Assembly (NCBI RefSeq): GCF_026571515.1 | Contig: NW_026861498.1 | Span: 62,001 to 126,000 of the forward strand | DNA from: Ruditapes philippinarum | Lineage: Eukaryota | Direction of reading: 5' to 3' | Length of the DNA stretch: 64,000 bases | Part shown: positions 61,201 through 64,000 of the stretch, in pieces | How positions within the stretch are numbered: the stretch's first letter is position 1 | Layout: every line of letters begins with the position of its first letter | Notes under the pieces: generated by a model | Seen by the model: only the letters and a program-made list of their open reading frames with translations | Database searches by the model: none | Told to the model about the DNA's origin: nothing | Program-made: the position numbers and the translations under genes

Positions 61201-64000
61201 AAAGGTAACTAGCAATGAAAAGTAACGGGTATCACAAAAGTTTTGTTCCATTTTTTAAAGATACTTATAAGCTTATTTGGTAAGCTGATGCAAGTTATGT
61301 GTTTGAATTAGGCGTATCCGGCAACCTAATAGAAACTAATTGTTTGAACAAAGTAGATTGATTATAATTAAGACTACTACCGGGTAAAATAATTCTCCAT
61401 ACCGATTCCTTACAGAGTATATTCATTAAGTGATATGAACGCTAGTTTCGAATGTATACAGGTATAATTAATATATATGTACAGCGAAATACATTTAGAC
61501 CAATCACAATAAGCTAAGCATTTATTTCGTTCCAAAATCGACGATGAATATGAATTATTTATAATAATTTGTAATTGTATGTAAATTAATATACAGATTG
61601 CGGAGCTCCCAACGTAATAAACAATGGTGAAGTTAAGCTTGATATTCCTGGAAAATCGACTTATCTTTCCAATGCCACAGTAACTTGTGACCCCGGTTTC
61701 AATACATCGACCGACAGTGTAATATGTCAAGCTAACGGTTTGTGGCAAGATACCGCTTGCATTATTATTGGTAACTATTTACTGAAACTCATGTTTAAAG
61801 AGTAATGCTTTATTTTTCTTTGAATAACTGGCTGGCGGATTTCTATTTCTATTGTTTTGTTTGTTATTTAGATATATTATGAGTATAAAATTGTAGCTTT
61901 GAAACATGTTTTGTAATACATACATAGATGCTTATTACCATCCCTGGCCGCCATTTTGGGAGTCATTCCCAATAATAATATTCTTAAGATACGATAAAAA
62001 TCTCTCATTATAATGCTATCATCTTCATGAAAAATGACAAAGATTCTTTACATATTGGTGCTATAATAATATTTGGATACATATGTATAAAAGATTATGA
62101 CAATTCATGTAAAGTAGCTTTTTTCATCTTAATGTCAATTATATTAATGTATAGAATATTGACCCTAAAACAAAGGCTGTCACTTTGGGCAAGGAAGTTA
62201 AATATTGCAGAAATGATATCCTTAAATTTTAAATATCCTTTCTCTGCAACTTTTGACAATTGGATTAAAATGTAACTGAGCATGATTATGTATTATTAAT
62301 AGTATCCAAAATTGTTACGAATGCTAATAAAGAAAACATGACATTTTTGTAACATCTTATTGTTACAGTAGGTTTTTCTTATGAAACATTTATGTAAACG
62401 TGGTACCTATATTTTAGAGTGCGGGCTACCTGAAACATTGGCAAATGGAACAATATCTTTAAATGACCCAGGTAAATCATCCTACTCCTCTAATGCAACA
62501 GTAACATGTGACATAGGATTCGATGCATCTACAAATGAAATATCATGCGAAGCTAGTGGTAAATGGCAAGAAGCTATTTGCATAATCAAAGGTAACACGC
62601 ATTGGAAAATGTTTCACTTTAAAAAACATAACGATTTAAATATAAGTAATATCAAATACAACACATTATAAATATAATCATCAAGAAATACTAAGAATAA
62701 CGTTCTATGACCGTTACAATTGTCAAAAGTAGTATTTATATCAACATATATCGCTACTATAAATCAATTGTAAAACGCCTTTAAAGTTAACATTTGAAAA
62801 CGCCTAAATGGTGGGTAAGAATTACTCATGTTGTGATTACAGTTGTAAGATTCAGATTCAGATTGGAGGTTCTTGAAGTGTCCATTATAAGCGCTATTTG
62901 AAATAATATGCCTATGTTTCTATACTCATCTATAAGTGTTAAATTCTGCTTAAGCAGGTGCTAGCGTTCATGAATATTAACTTGCATTCACAATACCTGT
63001 TCATGACTACACTACGCTCAATCAAACCGAGACTGCAACCTTTCCATATTTGTCACATTTGTGGTAATGTGCCTACCTCTTAAGAATTTCATTTTTTATC
63101 TAAATTATCAGACATTTGTTGAAGTAATAAAACTATATATTATGATATCATACATATTTTAATTACATGATAACTAAGGGAAAGTTAATTTGAGTGTCTA
63201 ATTGATTTAGACTGTGGAAATCTGCCTGAACTTGAGAATGGCGACTTTGTGTTGAGTGATGAAAACAAAACGACTTATGGTTCGGGCGCGGTTGTTGAAT
63301 GTCTCACGGGTTTTGTGCCATCTGCCGCGTCGATATCTTGCCAGTCGAATGGTAAATGGGAAGATGCCTCGTGTACAAAGGAAGGTAAAATGCTTTTAAA
63401 TTGTTTATCACAAATGTATCCTCATATTCTTGTGGGTTGTTTTAAGAAATAACCTTAACAATGACAATCCCATTATGTATTGGAATTCTATAGTTTATCT
63501 GACAAAAACGAAAGTGACCAAACGTTTTTAGCAGGCTTAGAACCAAAGACGCACGTACATTTGTTGTAAATAAAAAAAGTTTATTTCAAACTGTTTCTTC
63601 TTTTTGCAGCCTTAAAAAAATATTTTGGTTATATCTGTACACTATAAATAAACATTTTTCACTTCTTAAAAGTATATATGCTATGATAAAATTGCACGTG
63701 GCAATGCCTACGTGCATAAACAGAACCTAATAGTAATACAAAATTGCTTTATGTTTGCTGAGTAATTAACTGAATATATCTTGGAGCTGATGTATCACAG
63801 TAACAAATGTATTTGACCGGGTAATATTCATGTTCATACTGAGTAATACATTATTGATGATAGTCTTAGACTGTGGATCTCTCCCAAATCTCGATAACGG
63901 AAAACTCACATTGACAACAGCTGGCAAGACGCAAAAAGGAGCAACCGCAAGGGTGTCGTGCAACAATGGATATACCAAAACAGATGATATAATTACTTGT
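31166..64000 (+). CDS. Gene 3 (3'-partial): SP, SUEL-like, CUB-like, CCP, split CCP with nested LDLa, then at least 32 more CCPs
   Basis: Exons 31166-31229, 32114-32446, 33139-33507, 33839-33898, 35649-35822, 36190-36303, 37103-37213, 37444-37518, 37805-37900, then CCP exons starting at 38556, 38878, 39444, 40364, 40992, 41377, 42086, 42608, 47312, 47887, 48476, 48874, 49742, 50166, 50742, 51722, 52551, 53468, 54408, 54936, 55404, 56037, 56515, 59011, 59366, 59960, 60477, 61031, 61597, 62418, 63211, 63870 (runs off the window). About 6897 coding nt, all introns phase 1. Confidence 0.9.
32114..32446 (+). CDS. Gene 3 SUEL-type lectin-like domain exon
   Basis: CDLK..ITC..IVIQSFYFYYHPTCEATCC..VRRLCSGRTDC..FG..PSYVVIYHYCVP; clear paralogue of 8712-9032. 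Confidence 0.78.
33139..33507 (+). CDS. Gene 3 CUB-like domain exon
   Basis: PIYLTSNDYP..CTCSVEV..CEQNIDF..IDC..TNYIKIDF..GFFFLGF; paralogue of 10074-10445. Confidence 0.75.
33839..33898 (+). CDS. Gene 3 Cys linker exon
   Basis: ttcag|TGACTG..ATGG|gtaagt; TEETAFKLSCSFEEQTVCM. Confidence 0.82.
34475..34787. mobile_element. Small TIR element (MITE)
   Basis: Perfect 16-bp IR AGGATTGGAGCAGTAC / GTACTGCTCCAATCCT. Confidence 0.65.
36190..36303 (+). CDS. Gene 3 N-terminal half of CCP2 (Cys1, Cys2)
   Basis: caacag|ACTGCG..AAAG|gtaagg; DCGSPFNISNGIITLVTDGNTTYGAKANVICDEGFQVK. Confidence 0.88.
36385..37065 (+). repeat. Degenerate ~21/42-bp minisatellite (CTACGCTATCATCATTTG..)
   Basis: Many TACGC(T/G)ATCATCATTTG units fill the intron that splits CCP2. 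Confidence 0.85.
37103..37213 (+). CDS. Gene 3 LDL-receptor class A (LDLa) module exon
   Basis: aatag|GAAATTGC..TGTT|gtaaga; [36 protein letters not shown] has six Cys and the acidic D..DC.D..DE Ca-binding cluster. Confidence 0.92.
37444..37518 (+). CDS. Gene 3 four-Cys truncated LDLa-like exon
   Basis: tttcag|CGGATC..ACAG|gtatgt; DQTNCAEGQKLCGKSCVDSNYTCT; 75 nt, phase 1-1. Confidence 0.8.
37805..37900 (+). CDS. Gene 3 acidic spacer plus C-terminal half of CCP2 (Cys3, Trp, Cys4)
   Basis: tttcag|ATAGTG..AAAG|gttttt; DSGTDEEETEFSNGIISCLVIGRWEIVQCVPK. Confidence 0.85.
38556..64000 (+). CDS. Gene 3 uninterrupted array of at least 32 single-exon CCP modules
   Basis: Exons of 165-177 nt with consensus DCG.P..I.NG.I.L...G.TTYLS.ATVSCD.GFD.S.DSISCQA.G.WQ.ASC.IK. 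Confidence 0.92.
43101..47213. mobile_element. ~4.1-kb non-coding DNA-transposon remnant with ~140-bp imperfect TIRs and nested repeats
   Basis: Left arm CTAACGGCATTTTTTAGTACAAGCAGGTAG..CTACCACGGCTGTA..AGTCCTTGACCT..AAAATGGCCGCCATTG is mirrored at 47071-47210. The right end reads ..TAGACTC|TTAA (GAG/CTC terminus plus TTAA, Sola-like). No transposase ORF visible. Confidence 0.8.
47221..47280 (+). repeat. Perfect 30-bp tandem duplication
   Basis: AGGGTCTTTTCTGAAAATCAAACCCGTCTA x2. Confidence 0.95.
51500..51645. repeat. Imperfect palindrome (hairpin element remnant)
   Basis: TGACTA..TTATGATGTGATATTCACCGGCAGAA..TTTTGCCGGTTAATATCACA..TCATAA..TAGTCA. Confidence 0.6.
56803..57005 (+). mobile_element. 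tRNA-derived SINE remnant
   Basis: GGTGACCAAGTGG (A box) and GAGTTCGAGC (B box) followed by a non-tRNA body; no complete cloverleaf. Confidence 0.55.
57862..58673. mobile_element. 812-bp Tc1/mariner-type MITE
   Basis: Perfect 25-bp TIR CTGGCATGCGAGCAGTTCCCGTACA / TGTACGGGAACTGCTCGCATGCCAG, flanked by TA on both sides (57860-61, 58674-75). Confidence 0.88.
59330..62030 (+). repeat. Intragenic segmental duplication of CCP exons and introns
   Basis: 59330-60420 aligns with 60440-62030: exon 59366 with 60477, exon 59960 with 61597; exon 61031 has no counterpart in the first copy. Confidence 0.9.

Noticed and set aside
357-63978. Many minus-strand ORFs overlapping CCP exons (for example 13760-13942, 15086-15274, 53454-53651)
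   Set aside because: Antisense shadows of the repeated CCP codon pattern; no independent splice structure or domain signature.
407-64000. Assigning symbols such as SVEP1, CSMD, CR1, SELP or CFH
   Set aside because: Only the generic CCP module is shared. There is no VWA, EGF, pentraxin, alternating CUB-Sushi or C-type lectin organisation, so orthology is unsupported.
38556-64000. Dscam-like mutually exclusive exon cluster
   Set aside because: Each exon is a complete module compatible with serial inclusion, and I saw no docking/selector sequences. Simple skipping remains possible, but mutual exclusivity is unsupported.

Overview
AT-rich, intron-containing animal genomic DNA, not prokaryotic. 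The repeat families look like those of bivalve molluscs, but I cannot confirm the species. The window holds three tandem + strand genes, which I assembled by hand from GT-AG boundaries. Gene 1 (3' end only, 407-6738) encodes 5 Sushi/CCP modules, a TM helix and a short Tyr-containing tail. Gene 2 (complete, 8220-20859, 16 exons, about 1139 aa) encodes a signal peptide, a divergent SUEL-type lectin-like domain, a CUB-like domain, a Cys linker, 10 CCPs, a TM helix and a long acidic tail with Tyr motifs. Gene 3 (31166 to beyond 64000, at least 41 exons, about 2300 aa visible) has the same head followed by at least 34 CCPs. Its second CCP is split over two exons, with an LDL-receptor class A module and a truncated LDLa-like module inserted inside it. 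Nearly every CCP is one symmetric phase-1 exon, and the arrays show duplication, deletion, chimerism and conversion. A decayed tyrosine-recombinase (DIRS/PAT-type) retrotransposon lies between genes 2 and 3, and its right direct repeat ends about 90 bp before the gene 3 ATG. Introns carry Helentron-associated (HINE-like) elements, MITEs, tRNA-derived SINE fragments and minisatellites. Main candidate system: a tandem family of selectin-like 'lectin-CUB-(CCP)n-TM' receptors with a highly variable stalk and a domain-within-domain insertion.
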